A stretch of 64,000 bases of DNA from a virus: IMG/VR virus record IMGVR_UViG_3300035698_004085, positions 64,001 to 128,000 of that record. The stretch is one strand, 5' to 3'. Positions 48,002 to 56,780 of this stretch are shown piece by piece; within the stretch, counting starts at the first letter, position 1; every line of letters begins with the position of its first letter. The position numbers and the translations under genes are program-made. The notes under the pieces are model-generated. The model was not told where the DNA came from. It was given only the letters and a program-made list of their open reading frames with translations, and searched no databases.

Positions 48002-48427
48002 ATAGCTGCTAAACAAAGTCTTGGGATGACTTTTAAAATAAACTCACACTGGTGGAGGATGCCGGGAGGCGTCCCTAAATAGAAGTCCAAAGGATACTGA
48101 TGACTGCTTAAAAGCCGTATCCAGATCTAAAGTGCTGGTACAAACCCTTTGAAGGTTGTAGAAGTCAGAGAATTAACTCTAGCCCATTACGTGCTAAATG
48201 ATGCTTAATAGGCGTTATAAAGACATCGGAGATGACCGACAGCACTCAACAACGTTCCGTTAGTCAGCGGATAGTTAGGAGAGACGCCTAATGAAGAAAA
48301 GAATTGACATTCTTAAAAAACTCTCTTCTTGAGTAAAGACGCAGTAGTTGCGATAGTCTACAGTGGTGAGTAGGCGCTATAACCAAGCGGTGGAGCACTT
48401 TGCATTGAAGCCGTCTGGTCTACTCGT
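48002..48427 (+). ncRNA. Large structured ncRNA candidate (~425 nt)
   Basis: No ORF of 60 aa or more; more than ten hairpins plus long-range pairs (GTGCTG/CAGCAC, CACTG/CAGTG, GAGTAGGC/GTCTACTC). Confidence 0.65.
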
Positions 48428-48432
48428 TTTAT

Positions 48433-48545
48433 CCTTGGGTAGCTAAGAGCATGACCTTGACAAGCATTCTAGGTGTAGGTTGAGATAATCATGGCGAAAA
48501 GCGGGGTGCGCAGCCTCAATGTTGGTTCAAGTCCAGCCCCAGGGT
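48433..48545 (+). ncRNA. tRNA-like RNA E with a ~50-nt hairpin inserted in the D loop
   Basis: Acceptor CCTTGGG/CCCAGGG, TA-GCT..AGC, T arm GTTGG-TTCAAGT-CCAGC, 5-nt anticodon loop GCGCA. Confidence 0.72.
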
Positions 48546-48548
48546 CTA

Positions 48549-48710
48549 GAGACGTGGTAAAATCCAGAATAAGGGGTGTTCAGTTGAGAGTGCATGGATG
48601 TGTATTCGGAGCTGACTTAAATTAGTCGAGACTCTGGTTGTTTCGCTAATGTAAAAATACAATTCCACAACAGCGTAAGTGTGGATCTGACTAGCCCTAA
48701 CTATGTCTCG
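48549..48710 (+). ncRNA. Multibranch ncRNA candidate
   Basis: Closing stem GAGACGTGGT/ACTATGTCTC with internal helices. Confidence 0.55.
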
Positions 48711-48898
48711 TTTAATATATTTCGAAAGCTGTGATTGTTTGAATTGTTGCGTCAGGTTAGGATGCGTTGAGTAAGCTTTTTATCACAGTGTTGTTTCTCT
48801 GGAGGCTTACTCTCATGGGCGTTGGTCCGTCTTCAAGCTCGGGACCCCGGAAATACAATCCTAACACGCTTGATCTTTTTAACAAAAAGGATAATGAT

Positions 48899-49234
48899 AT
48901 GAAAATAGTAGGAATAGTTTTTATAATTTTAGTTTGTCTATTCTGTGTATTTTATTCAGGATTCAATGTAGGAGATAGCGTTAGTAGGTTTAGGGTTGCA
49001 GAGTACGAAAAAGCTATTCAAAAACTAGAAACTAAATACGATAGATGCACTAAGTGCAAATTAATTGTTATTCCAGTGAAAACGGATACTGAATGTAAGG
49101 AGCTAGAAGGACAGTACGCAGCTATTCAAAAGTGGTGTGACCCAGATTGCCCAGAACAACTGGAAGCGTGTCAGATTGCCTTAGAGAGACTGTGGGGCTA
49201 TCCTTCTTATAAGTTGCTCGAACAGGAGATTTAA
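48899..49234 (+). CDS. Membrane-anchored hypothetical protein
   Basis: AAGGA-ATG MKIVGIVFIILVCLF hydrophobic N-terminus. Confidence 0.6.
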   Translation: MKIVGIVFIILVCLFCVFYSGFNVGDSVSRFRVAEYEKAIQKLETKYDRCTKCKLIVIPVKTDTECKELEGQYAAIQKWCDPDCPEQLEACQIALERLWGYPSYKLLEQEI

Positions 49235-49236
49235 TA

Positions 49237-49294
49237 ACTCGCACAGTGAAACGCTGAGGAGCGTCTAAGCTTACTCTTACTGATGAGTGCGGGT
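49237..49294 (+). ncRNA. Hammerhead ribozyme (type II topology)
   Basis: ACTCGCAC-AGT-GAAA-CGCT(GAGG)AGCG-TC-TAAG(CTTACT)CTTA-CTGATGA-GTGCGGGT; GUC cleavage predicted after 49265. Confidence 0.85.
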
Positions 49295-49329
49295 AACAGG
49301 TTTTTGCATACTTCACCTAAAGAAAGTAT

Positions 49330-49473
49330 GATAGCATAGTGACTGTCCGTAAGTTTTTATAGTAGCGGGGGTTATCGGCTTACCGCGCTTAAGAGCTTGA
49401 CAGGCTAGAGCAGACATGTCTAGAAGATGAGATTTGACTAATATCTCAGGAGTGACACTCCGCGCTATGTTAT
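49330..49473 (+). ncRNA. Multibranch ncRNA candidate
   Basis: Closing stem ATAGCATAGTG/CGCTATGTTAT with four internal arms, followed by a T tract. Confidence 0.55.
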
Positions 49474-49518
49474 TTTATTCTCTTTCCTAATTTATTTTAA
49501 ATTCTTTTCATTATTTTG

Positions 49519-49547
49519 TTGACAATTGATCTAAGCAGTGTTAAGCT
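49519..49547 (+). promoter_or_regulatory. Sigma70-type early promoter
   Basis: TTGACA-N17-TAAGCT. Confidence 0.85.
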
Positions 49548-49810
49548 GTGTTTAGAAGGTTTGGGAAACACTATTGAAAGGAAAAGACAATGTACGGATG
49601 TGGATGCGAAGAATGTAATATCCTGGGAGAATGGTTTTGGCTTCATGACTCTGTTCATGCTAAGGATCTTTACGACATTGACGGTCTAATGTGCTGGTAT
49701 GCTTTTCCAGAGGATGATAAGAAAGAACTTGCACATCAACAAGGCATGCTTAAGGGTTTGGAATTTAGATATAACGAGATCAAAGGAACCAAACATTTTA
49801 AATAAACTTC

Positions 49811-49839
49811 TTGACAACGCTCCCAAAGTGTAGTAACCT
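49811..49839 (+). promoter_or_regulatory. Sigma70-type early promoter
   Basis: TTGACA-N17-TAACCT. Confidence 0.75.
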
Positions 49840-50139
49840 TGTTTTGGCGATTAAGAAAGGTAATTAAGAATGGACATGCGTAAGGAATATAGCGAAAGAG
49901 AACTAGCGTTATTTATCCACTTTGGTTATGAGTACATGATCGATATTGGAACTGATGCACTTCAGCCTGATACGTTTTATCAACTAATGGTTGAAGTAGC
50001 ATTTTTAAACAATATGAAAGGACCTAAGGTAGACTCATTGAGACGTTGTTACTTTGCGCTTAAAAACAGAACATGCTACCGAGGTACTCCTGAGTGGGAC
50101 GCAATGATTAAGCTCAGTAGTTAAGAAAGCTAATTAAGA

Positions 50140-50661
50140 ATGGAAGATTATAAAAAGACTTTTAAAGATTTCTGGAAAGACCTTGTAACGAACGATGATG
50201 GGTCCTTAAACGTGGATCAAATCATGAGAGAGCTGCATGACTACAGTAGGGTTATGGATAATGTCTCCAAAGTGTATATGCACATAACTAATAGGAGCAT
50301 GTCTAAGCCTAATTATTGTTCAGAAGACGTAATTATGGAGTTTGAATCTGTTCAGGAACAGAACTGGGAAAAGTTTTTAAAAGAAGAGATTGAATACCGT
50401 CAGACTGAGTTTGAAGATCTCAACCAAGATTATCTAGATCTTGAGAAGAAGATGCTCAAGGCTAATGGCTGGGTTCCTGAAAAGGGCGATAAGGTTAGGT
50501 TTTGGTTTGACGATGAGAAGTATGAAGGAATCGTTACTTTCATTGAGCGCGCTGGCGGACCTGGAGATGAGGAGTTCGCTATGATTGATTTTGTTAATGA
50601 GGAAGGCGGCGAGGATGGTTGTGTTGTATCTTTTTCTGCAATCATTGAGATACTGGAGTAA
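50140..50661 (+). CDS. Hypothetical protein with a C-terminal Tudor/SH3-like domain
   Basis: KGDKVRFWFDDEKYEGIVT. Confidence 0.6.
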   Translation: MEDYKKTFKDFWKDLVTNDDGSLNVDQIMRELHDYSRVMDNVSKVYMHITNRSMSKPNYCSEDVIMEFESVQEQNWEKFLKEEIEYRQTEFEDLNQDYLDLEKKMLKANGWVPEKGDKVRFWFDDEKYEGIVTFIERAGGPGDEEFAMIDFVNEEGGEDGCVVSFSAIIEILE

Positions 50662-51162
50662 CAGTCATGAATGAATTCAAATGGAAATATAACAAAGAGG
50701 GTAGCTATGACTTGGAAACCACTAAAGATGGTTATAATGCTTCTGTTAAAAGAGGTAACATAGCTTGGTCAGGTACCGTAACTTACCCTGATAAAACTGA
50801 AGGGTTTCTTACAGGTTTGATGTATTTTGAAGACAATGCGCGAAATGGTTGCCAAAATGCAATCTTGGCAGATCGTTGGAGGAAAGACAATGAATAAGGA
50901 TATTAGTGAATACTCAGCAAGAGAGCTTAAAAAGGCGCTGGAGCGTAAAGAGAGGGAGGATAAGAAGATTCCTGCAGAGAAGGCTGAGTTTCATCCATCC
51001 CGCCTTGTGGAAACTATTAGGTTTGCTATGAGAGCGATCGTAGATCAAGGTTACTCAAAAGACCATGAATACTATATTTATGAAGAAGCAATGCAGATGA
51101 TTTATGGTGACGATATTTGGGCGTGGATGCGTGAGAATAACGAGGGTTGTTAAATGAGTTTT

Positions 51163-51248
51163 GCGCGGATGGGGGAATGGTCTACCCAGGAGATTCAAAA
51201 TCTCCCGCCTGTAAGGGCTTGCAAGTTCGAATCTTGTTCCGCGTACCA
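51163..51248 (+). tRNA. tRNA-Leu(CAA)
   Basis: Cloverleaf with a long variable arm, loop TT-CAA-AA, encoded ACCA. Confidence 0.93.
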
Positions 51249-51249
51249 T

Positions 51250-51324
51250 AGAGAACTAGGCTAATTGGCTTAAGCCACCAGCTTTTGGTGTTGGGTATTC
51301 GGGGTTCAAATCCCCGGTTCTCTA
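51250..51324 (+). tRNA. tRNA-Gln(TTG)
   Basis: AGAGAAC/GTTCTCT acceptor, loop TT-TTG-GT, T arm CGGGG-TTCAAAT-CCCCG. Confidence 0.88.
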
Positions 51325-51344
51325 ATCAATGAAAGGAAATTATT

Positions 51345-51656
51345 ATGGCAAAAAAGAAACAAGAAGTAAGACTAACCGTTGACTCCATGTACCCTTATGA
51401 TCTAGAAGGGAGCATAGATGACGCTATTGAACATCTTCAAGAGGTTAAAGAAGCTAGCAAAAAGCATACTGATCTTCGGTTAAACTTTGTTCAGACTTGT
51501 GATGACGAGTGGGAGTTTGAAGTTATAGCTTATCGGCTAGAAACTGACAAAGAGTGCGACAAGAGAATCGCCAAAGAGAAAGAGCGAAAAGAACGAGAGG
51601 CTGAGCATAGGCGTCAAGAGTTTCAAAAGCTAAAGAAAGAGTTTGAAAATGAGTAA
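51345..51656 (+). CDS. Hypothetical protein
   Basis: RBS; YRLETDKE followed by a coiled tail. Confidence 0.6.
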   Translation: MAKKKQEVRLTVDSMYPYDLEGSIDDAIEHLQEVKEASKKHTDLRLNFVQTCDDEWEFEVIAYRLETDKECDKRIAKEKERKEREAEHRRQEFQKLKKEFENE

Positions 51657-52218
51657 GCATCAGAAACTCAGCATCTTTATTAGCCTTATTCTCAGGCATA
51701 AGCCAGGAACGGTAGGAATGGCTCTCGATGAGAACGGTTGGGCAGTTGTTGATGACCTTATCCTTGGAGTTAACCTAAACTCTAAACACTTGCTTAACCG
51801 AATGATCCTCAATGAAATTGTTGCTAGTGACGATAAGCAACGGTATTCATTCAACGAGGACCAATCGATGATTAGAGCTAATCAAGGTCACAGCGTTAAT
51901 GTAGACATTAAATTCGAGGAAAAAGATCCTCCAGATATTCTTTATCACGGCACGAACGCTGAAGCTCTTGACTCAATCTATAGAAAAGGTCTTAAGTCAA
52001 TGAAGCGTCATGATGTTCATTTGTCTGCTGATTTCGACGAGTCTTATCGAGTGGCTAATAGGCGTAAGAATAAGTATCCTATTGTTTTGGTGATTGCTGC
52101 TTCTGAAATGAAAGAGAAAGGCTTTGTATTCAATCTTTCCGAGAATAAGGTTTGGCTAACTAAAAAGATTCCCAGTCATTATATTATGGGAATTTATGAT
52201 TTGGAGGATCGGGGATGA
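51649..52218 (+). CDS. kptA: RNA 2'-phosphotransferase (KptA/Tpt1)
   Basis: SLILRH, DKQRY, IRANQGHS, LYHGT, RHDVHLS, NKVWL. Confidence 0.93.
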   Translation: MSKHQKLSIFISLILRHKPGTVGMALDENGWAVVDDLILGVNLNSKHLLNRMILNEIVASDDKQRYSFNEDQSMIRANQGHSVNVDIKFEEKDPPDILYHGTNAEALDSIYRKGLKSMKRHDVHLSADFDESYRVANRRKNKYPIVLVIAASEMKEKGFVFNLSENKVWLTKKIPSHYIMGIYDLEDRG

Positions 52219-52676
52219 AGAACTCTAACCCTCTTCAACATGTTATAGACTATGCAACCAAAGCTCATGAAGGACAAACGGATAAAGCTGGACAACCTTA
52301 CATTAGACACCCGTTAAGGGTGGCTAGGCGCTGTTCACTATTTGGAGACGACATTGCTAAGGTAGCTTTGCTTCATGACGTTGTAGAGGACACTGAGAAG
52401 ACCTTAAAGCAGGTTGTTAAAGATATGGAGCTTACTAAAGCCGAAAAGAAGGCTTTGGACGCTATTACAAAGAGGGATAAAGAGGAGTATACTAAATATC
52501 TTTCAAGGGTTTCGAATAGTAAGATTGCTTGGCTGGTAAAGATTTATGATCTGGAAGATAATATGAGCGATGAGCGAATGTCTCAGCTTCCAGAAGACGT
52601 CCAAGAGAGACTTTTGAAGAAGTATAATTTTGCTTTAAAGACTTTGGCTCTAGGATCTTGGATGAAGAATGAGTAG
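52215..52676 (+). CDS. HD-domain hydrolase (SpoT/Mesh1-like, stand-alone)
   Basis: AHEGQTDKAGQPYIRHP, LLHDVVEDT, VKIYDLEDN. Confidence 0.85.
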   Translation: MKNSNPLQHVIDYATKAHEGQTDKAGQPYIRHPLRVARRCSLFGDDIAKVALLHDVVEDTEKTLKQVVKDMELTKAEKKALDAITKRDKEEYTKYLSRVSNSKIAWLVKIYDLEDNMSDERMSQLPEDVQERLLKKYNFALKTLALGSWMKNE

Positions 52677-52716
52677 CTAAGTAAGTTTTTGTAGCACATG
52701 TAGTATATTATTGTGC

Positions 52717-53166
52717 ATGAGCAAAAAATGTAATAGGTGTAAAGAAACGTTTGAAGCAGAGTTATTCCCAGTCAGGGTTAAAAGAGGTAAAAAGACGTTA
52801 GGTCCTTACTGCAAGATTTGTGAAAGGGAATATCAAAATGAGCATTATCACAAGCACAAGGAGAGAAATCGAGAATTAAGAAGGAAAAGCGTTAAAGCTA
52901 TAAGAATAAGAAATAAGCAGTACTTATGGGGTGCTAAGGAAGCTCAAGGCTGTATAGACTGTGGAGAGTCAGAGCCTATTATCTTAGAGGGTCATCATAC
53001 TGGAGACGGAAAGATAAATCACTTATCGGATATGGCTAACGATTGCGTATCTATAGAAACTCTTCAAGCGGAGATTGATAAGTGTGTTATGTTGTGCGCT
53101 AATTGTCACAGAAAAAGAACAGCTAAAGAGAAAAACTGGCATAAGGACATAAAGAAAAATGAGTGA
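52717..53166 (+). CDS. HNH-type homing endonuclease
   Basis: CNRC..CKIC zinc domain; CIDCGE..LEGHH..KCVMLCANCHR. Confidence 0.8.
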   Translation: MSKKCNRCKETFEAELFPVRVKRGKKTLGPYCKICEREYQNEHYHKHKERNRELRRKSVKAIRIRNKQYLWGAKEAQGCIDCGESEPIILEGHHTGDGKINHLSDMANDCVSIETLQAEIDKCVMLCANCHRKRTAKEKNWHKDIKKNE

Positions 53167-53834
53167 ATTAGACGAAAAAGAAGCTGAAGAGTATATGGAT
53201 TACGCTTCAATGGGGTTTAATACATGGTTTTATATGTTGCCTTATGACGACTTCTCTTTAGACTATGATAACGCTACTCCAGTTTACTGGAGCGTGGAGA
53301 CTGGTGAATGGCTTTAGTATATTATATTCCTTTTTTGTTAACGGTTAGTGTTATGCTTTGGTTTTGTTTATACGGAAAGATGAAGACAGATGAAAAAGAT
53401 ACTAGGGATTGAATCAACTTTCTATATTCCTTTTTGGTCAGAAGACAACTTTTTGGCCAAACTTGAGACTTGGCCAGAGTATCTTGGCATAAGAGAAGTT
53501 GAAACCGTTACAGTAAGACCCTGGCTCTTCTTTAGTTCCTTTACTATTATTGTTTGGGGTGATGCCTCAGCGATTAACCGGTTTACTAATTATATGAGAA
53601 ACGGAGAGTAATCATGGAAAAGGTATTCTATCCTACAGCAGAAGACTATCAAGATCTGGAAGATTTTATGATGGAAGGATTTTCAGAGATAACTATTAAA
53701 GATTTGGTTAAGCCTTTTATGCTTGAAGGTCCTGTTTATCCTCCTTATTCAGCCGTATGTTAAAGAACCTGAAGATATTACTCCAATTATTACTTGGAAG
53801 ACTCCGAGAAATACGACTTATTAATATTAAAAAC

Positions 53835-53863
53835 TTGACAATCCTTATTAAAGGTGTTAAGAT
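53835..53863 (+). promoter_or_regulatory. Promoter for tRNA-Ile
   Basis: TTGACA-N17-TAAGAT. Confidence 0.8.
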
Positions 53864-53878
53864 CTTGATAATTAAGAC

Positions 53879-53949
53879 AGACTAGTAGCTCAACGGTAGA
53901 GCGCGTGCCTTATAAGCGCGTGACGGCGGTTCAATTCCTCCCTAGTCTA
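53879..53949 (+). tRNA. tRNA-Ile(TAT)
   Basis: AGACTAG/CTAGTCT acceptor, GCTC..GAGC D arm, loop CT-TAT-AA. Confidence 0.88.
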
Positions 53950-54064
53950 AGCAACGAACCTCTAAAGCCTCTCTAAAGAAGCTCAAACCAGACCTGAATT
54001 AACAGGTATCACTGTTAGGACGCTAACGGAGTGAGGTCATTTTAAAGTGCTTGGGCGGCACGGT

Positions 54065-54118
54065 TGCCCCAATGTTTGGCGAGTTTTTACCTTTCGCGCC
54101 AGATGTTGGGGCATTTTT
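54065..54118 (+). terminator. Intrinsic terminator
   Basis: TGCCCCAATGTTTGGCG...CGCCAGATGTTGGGGCA-TTTTT. Confidence 0.75.
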
Positions 54119-54171
54119 ATTTAAGCTTTAAACTCTAAATCACAAATTCTTAAACTATTCAATAAATTCTC

Positions 54172-54200
54172 TTGACAAACCCTTTCCCGCGTGTTAAGCT
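54172..54200 (+). promoter_or_regulatory. Sigma70-type early promoter
   Basis: TTGACA-N17-TAAGCT. Confidence 0.85.
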
Positions 54201-54534
54201 TGGTTTAACAAATGGAGGAACGAAATGCTAGACGAGATAGTAGACCAAGAGCCAATCTATGATGCAAGAGCTTTTTCAGAGATTAAGAAGAGGTGGGATC
54301 AAGCAACTTATGAAGACGCTAGGGATATGATTCACACTGATAGAATTGTTGTGACTATTCCTGGAGTAACTTATAGAGAGTTCTACAAACATGCTCTGGA
54401 CAAGGGGTATCATAGTGTTAGCCTCTCATTTCAATTTAACATCATGAAAGTTGGCGAGCACAAAACGCCAGGATTTCATGAGCTAGTAGACAATTGGTTG
54501 AAAGAAAACCCAAAAGACTAAGAAAGGATCTAAA

Positions 54535-54648
54535 ATGAGCACAAGTTACAAGAAGCGCAAGAAGGCACGTCAACAGGATAATGCTTCTAAAAAGCACGAC
54601 AGAAATCGTAGGCGCAATCGTCTTAAGAAGTACAACCTAAAAGGATGA
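54535..54648 (+). CDS. 37-aa highly basic peptide (not in the ORF track)
   Basis: AAGGA RBS; MSTSYKKRKKARQQDNASKKHDRNRRRNRLKKYNLKG; fills the intergenic gap exactly. Confidence 0.6.
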   Translation: MSTSYKKRKKARQQDNASKKHDRNRRRNRLKKYNLKG

Positions 54649-54652
54649 GACA

Positions 54653-55168
54653 ATGACTAGAGACAAAGAGGTGCTAACTAAAGAAGAGAGCATTGCGAGA
54701 AGTAACGCAAAATATCAGCAACGCACAGACAAAGCTGCTGAGAAGAAAGCGAGAGATCTAGAGAATTCCCACTTGCTTGAGGAAATGGGCTATGAAATTG
54801 TTTACTGGCATCAAATGATTGATCATAGTGAAGACTATCCTGTTATTGATTTTGGTACAGTTTCGTTAGCTTATAAGGTTCACGTACTTACCAATACTTT
54901 TATGGTCTTTTATACAATTAGATCTACCAAGGACTACTTCTCGCGTCCAGTTGCTCGTGAGGAGCTTGCTAGAGGGGTTGAGCAGGGAGCATATGAGGCT
55001 GACAATGGGTTTACCTTCATAGCTGACCAAATGAATTCTAACATTGCTGAGGAGTATTTGGTTAAGCTTTACTTTGCTCAGTTTGTTATGGATAATAAAG
55101 CATTCTTTCCCCCTAAATTTGTCAAGGGGTTTTTGAAATGTCGTGAACTTTATGGGATGGTTAACTAA
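54653..55168 (+). CDS. Hypothetical protein
   Basis: 171-aa ORF with RBS. Confidence 0.6.
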   Translation: MTRDKEVLTKEESIARSNAKYQQRTDKAAEKKARDLENSHLLEEMGYEIVYWHQMIDHSEDYPVIDFGTVSLAYKVHVLTNTFMVFYTIRSTKDYFSRPVAREELARGVEQGAYEADNGFTFIADQMNSNIAEEYLVKLYFAQFVMDNKAFFPPKFVKGFLKCRELYGMVN

Positions 55169-56327
55169 GGAGGAATAAAATGACTAACGTAGCAGTAAAC
55201 AAGGATCTAGAAGCTAAGACAGGACTCAAAATGAGATCTCGTAAATTCCCATGTAAGGGTGGTGGCTGCAGACACCATGAAAGCGGTTGATATTTGTATT
55301 ACAGTGAGACTGACTATCAAATGATTTTTGAGTGTGAACCTAACCCTTGTCAGAAGTTTGGGAGAAAGAGTTATTCTAATGTATAAGAACTACTACAACT
55401 TTTCTTCGTATCAGCATTATACGGCAGATACCTCTTCTCTAGAACGGTTGCTTGGTCCAGATCATAAAAAAATTATAAACGAAGGTGCTAAAGCGTTTTT
55501 AAATCCTAATAAGGAGGAAACTATGTCTGAAAATGAAATTGTATTTTGGGACTGTGATGAGGCGCAAGAGTATCTGACTCATACTAAAATGGACAACGCC
55601 GTTGAATATCACCTTGATGCCCTTGATAATCTCCCTTTGGGTGAGGTTATCAACGTCTTCGGGTTTAAGAAAGAGCGCTTAAGCCCTGAAAATGAACTAG
55701 GACTTGTAGGGGTTTTTGGGGTTCTTGAGTCTTTTCTGGATAACTTAGATGCTAATTATGGAGGAGAAGATTCGGCTGGACCTACGCCTAAGATGATTCA
55801 AGCCGAAAAAGTCTTTATTGAAGCAGTATTAGCTGAATATGAAGTGTGGCGATGCTATTGGAGCGATACTGAAAGGATTGATGTTACAGAATGGGTTACA
55901 AAGAATAGACCTAATTGGCTTGAGCATGAATAGATATTGGGTAAGTTGGTGGAGCGGCAATTACGTAGAAGAGGGTTGTACAGAACCTCCGTTTATGTAT
56001 TGGGTGTCTGGTCAACGTGATAGAGGAGACACTGAGGAGACTGAGAGAGATGAGTGCTCAATTTGCGCTGTGGTTGATTCAGAGTCTAAAGACTCTGTTT
56101 GGGAATTGATAGCTATTCATTTTCCAGATTATGAAGAACGCTTTTGCACATTAAAGCCAAATGACTATGTTCCTGGCAATAGGTTTCCAAAGGAGTGAAA
56201 GATGCTTGAGACTATAATTCTAGGGATTTGGCTTGTTGGAATGTATTGTGTTTGTACGTCTTATGGTGAGCCTGAGTATGAGCTTTCAGAGTATGGAAAA
56301 TATTGGGAAAGAATTATGTGATTTTAC

Positions 56328-56356
56328 TTGACATTTCTGTTGAAGTAGGTTAAGAT
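56328..56356 (+). promoter_or_regulatory. Sigma70-type early promoter
   Basis: TTGACA-N17-TAAGAT. Confidence 0.75.
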
Positions 56357-56780
56357 GGGTTTAGAAAGAGAGTTGTAGAATGGAATGTCCAATTTGTAAT
56401 GAAGAACTTGTTTATCAGGATTACTATGGAAGGGTCTTTGCTCGTCAAGATAGTAAAAAGAAGGGTGATATTTTCAAGTGTCCTAATGGAGTATCTCAAG
56501 ACGGATCATGCGATTCAAGCATGTTCTTTGTAGCAGGAGCTTTCTATACGGATGAAACTGGAGAACTTTACGAGGGTTATCCTTGTTAACGGAGAAGAAT
56601 GATGAGTGATTTTACTAAAGGGTCTGTTATGGTTTCAAAAGAGTTGTGTGATAAGCTAATTGCCTCAGAAAGAATTAGAGCCAATAACTTAGAAGACAAG
56701 GTAAGAAGTCTTGAAGAACGGAACCAGAAACTAACTAAGTCGGTAAGTGTCCTTACAAAGTACATCAAGGAGAATGGAGA

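Noticed and set aside
48091-48125. Second hammerhead at CTGATGA (48096)
   Set aside because: No GAAA after the following hairpin and no stem III/NUH arrangement
48002-48427. RNase P RNA or group I intron assignment
   Set aside because: TAGAAGTCC only loosely resembles GAGGAAAGUCC with no matching CR-V; GATAGTCT lacks a convincing P7 partner and flanking exons
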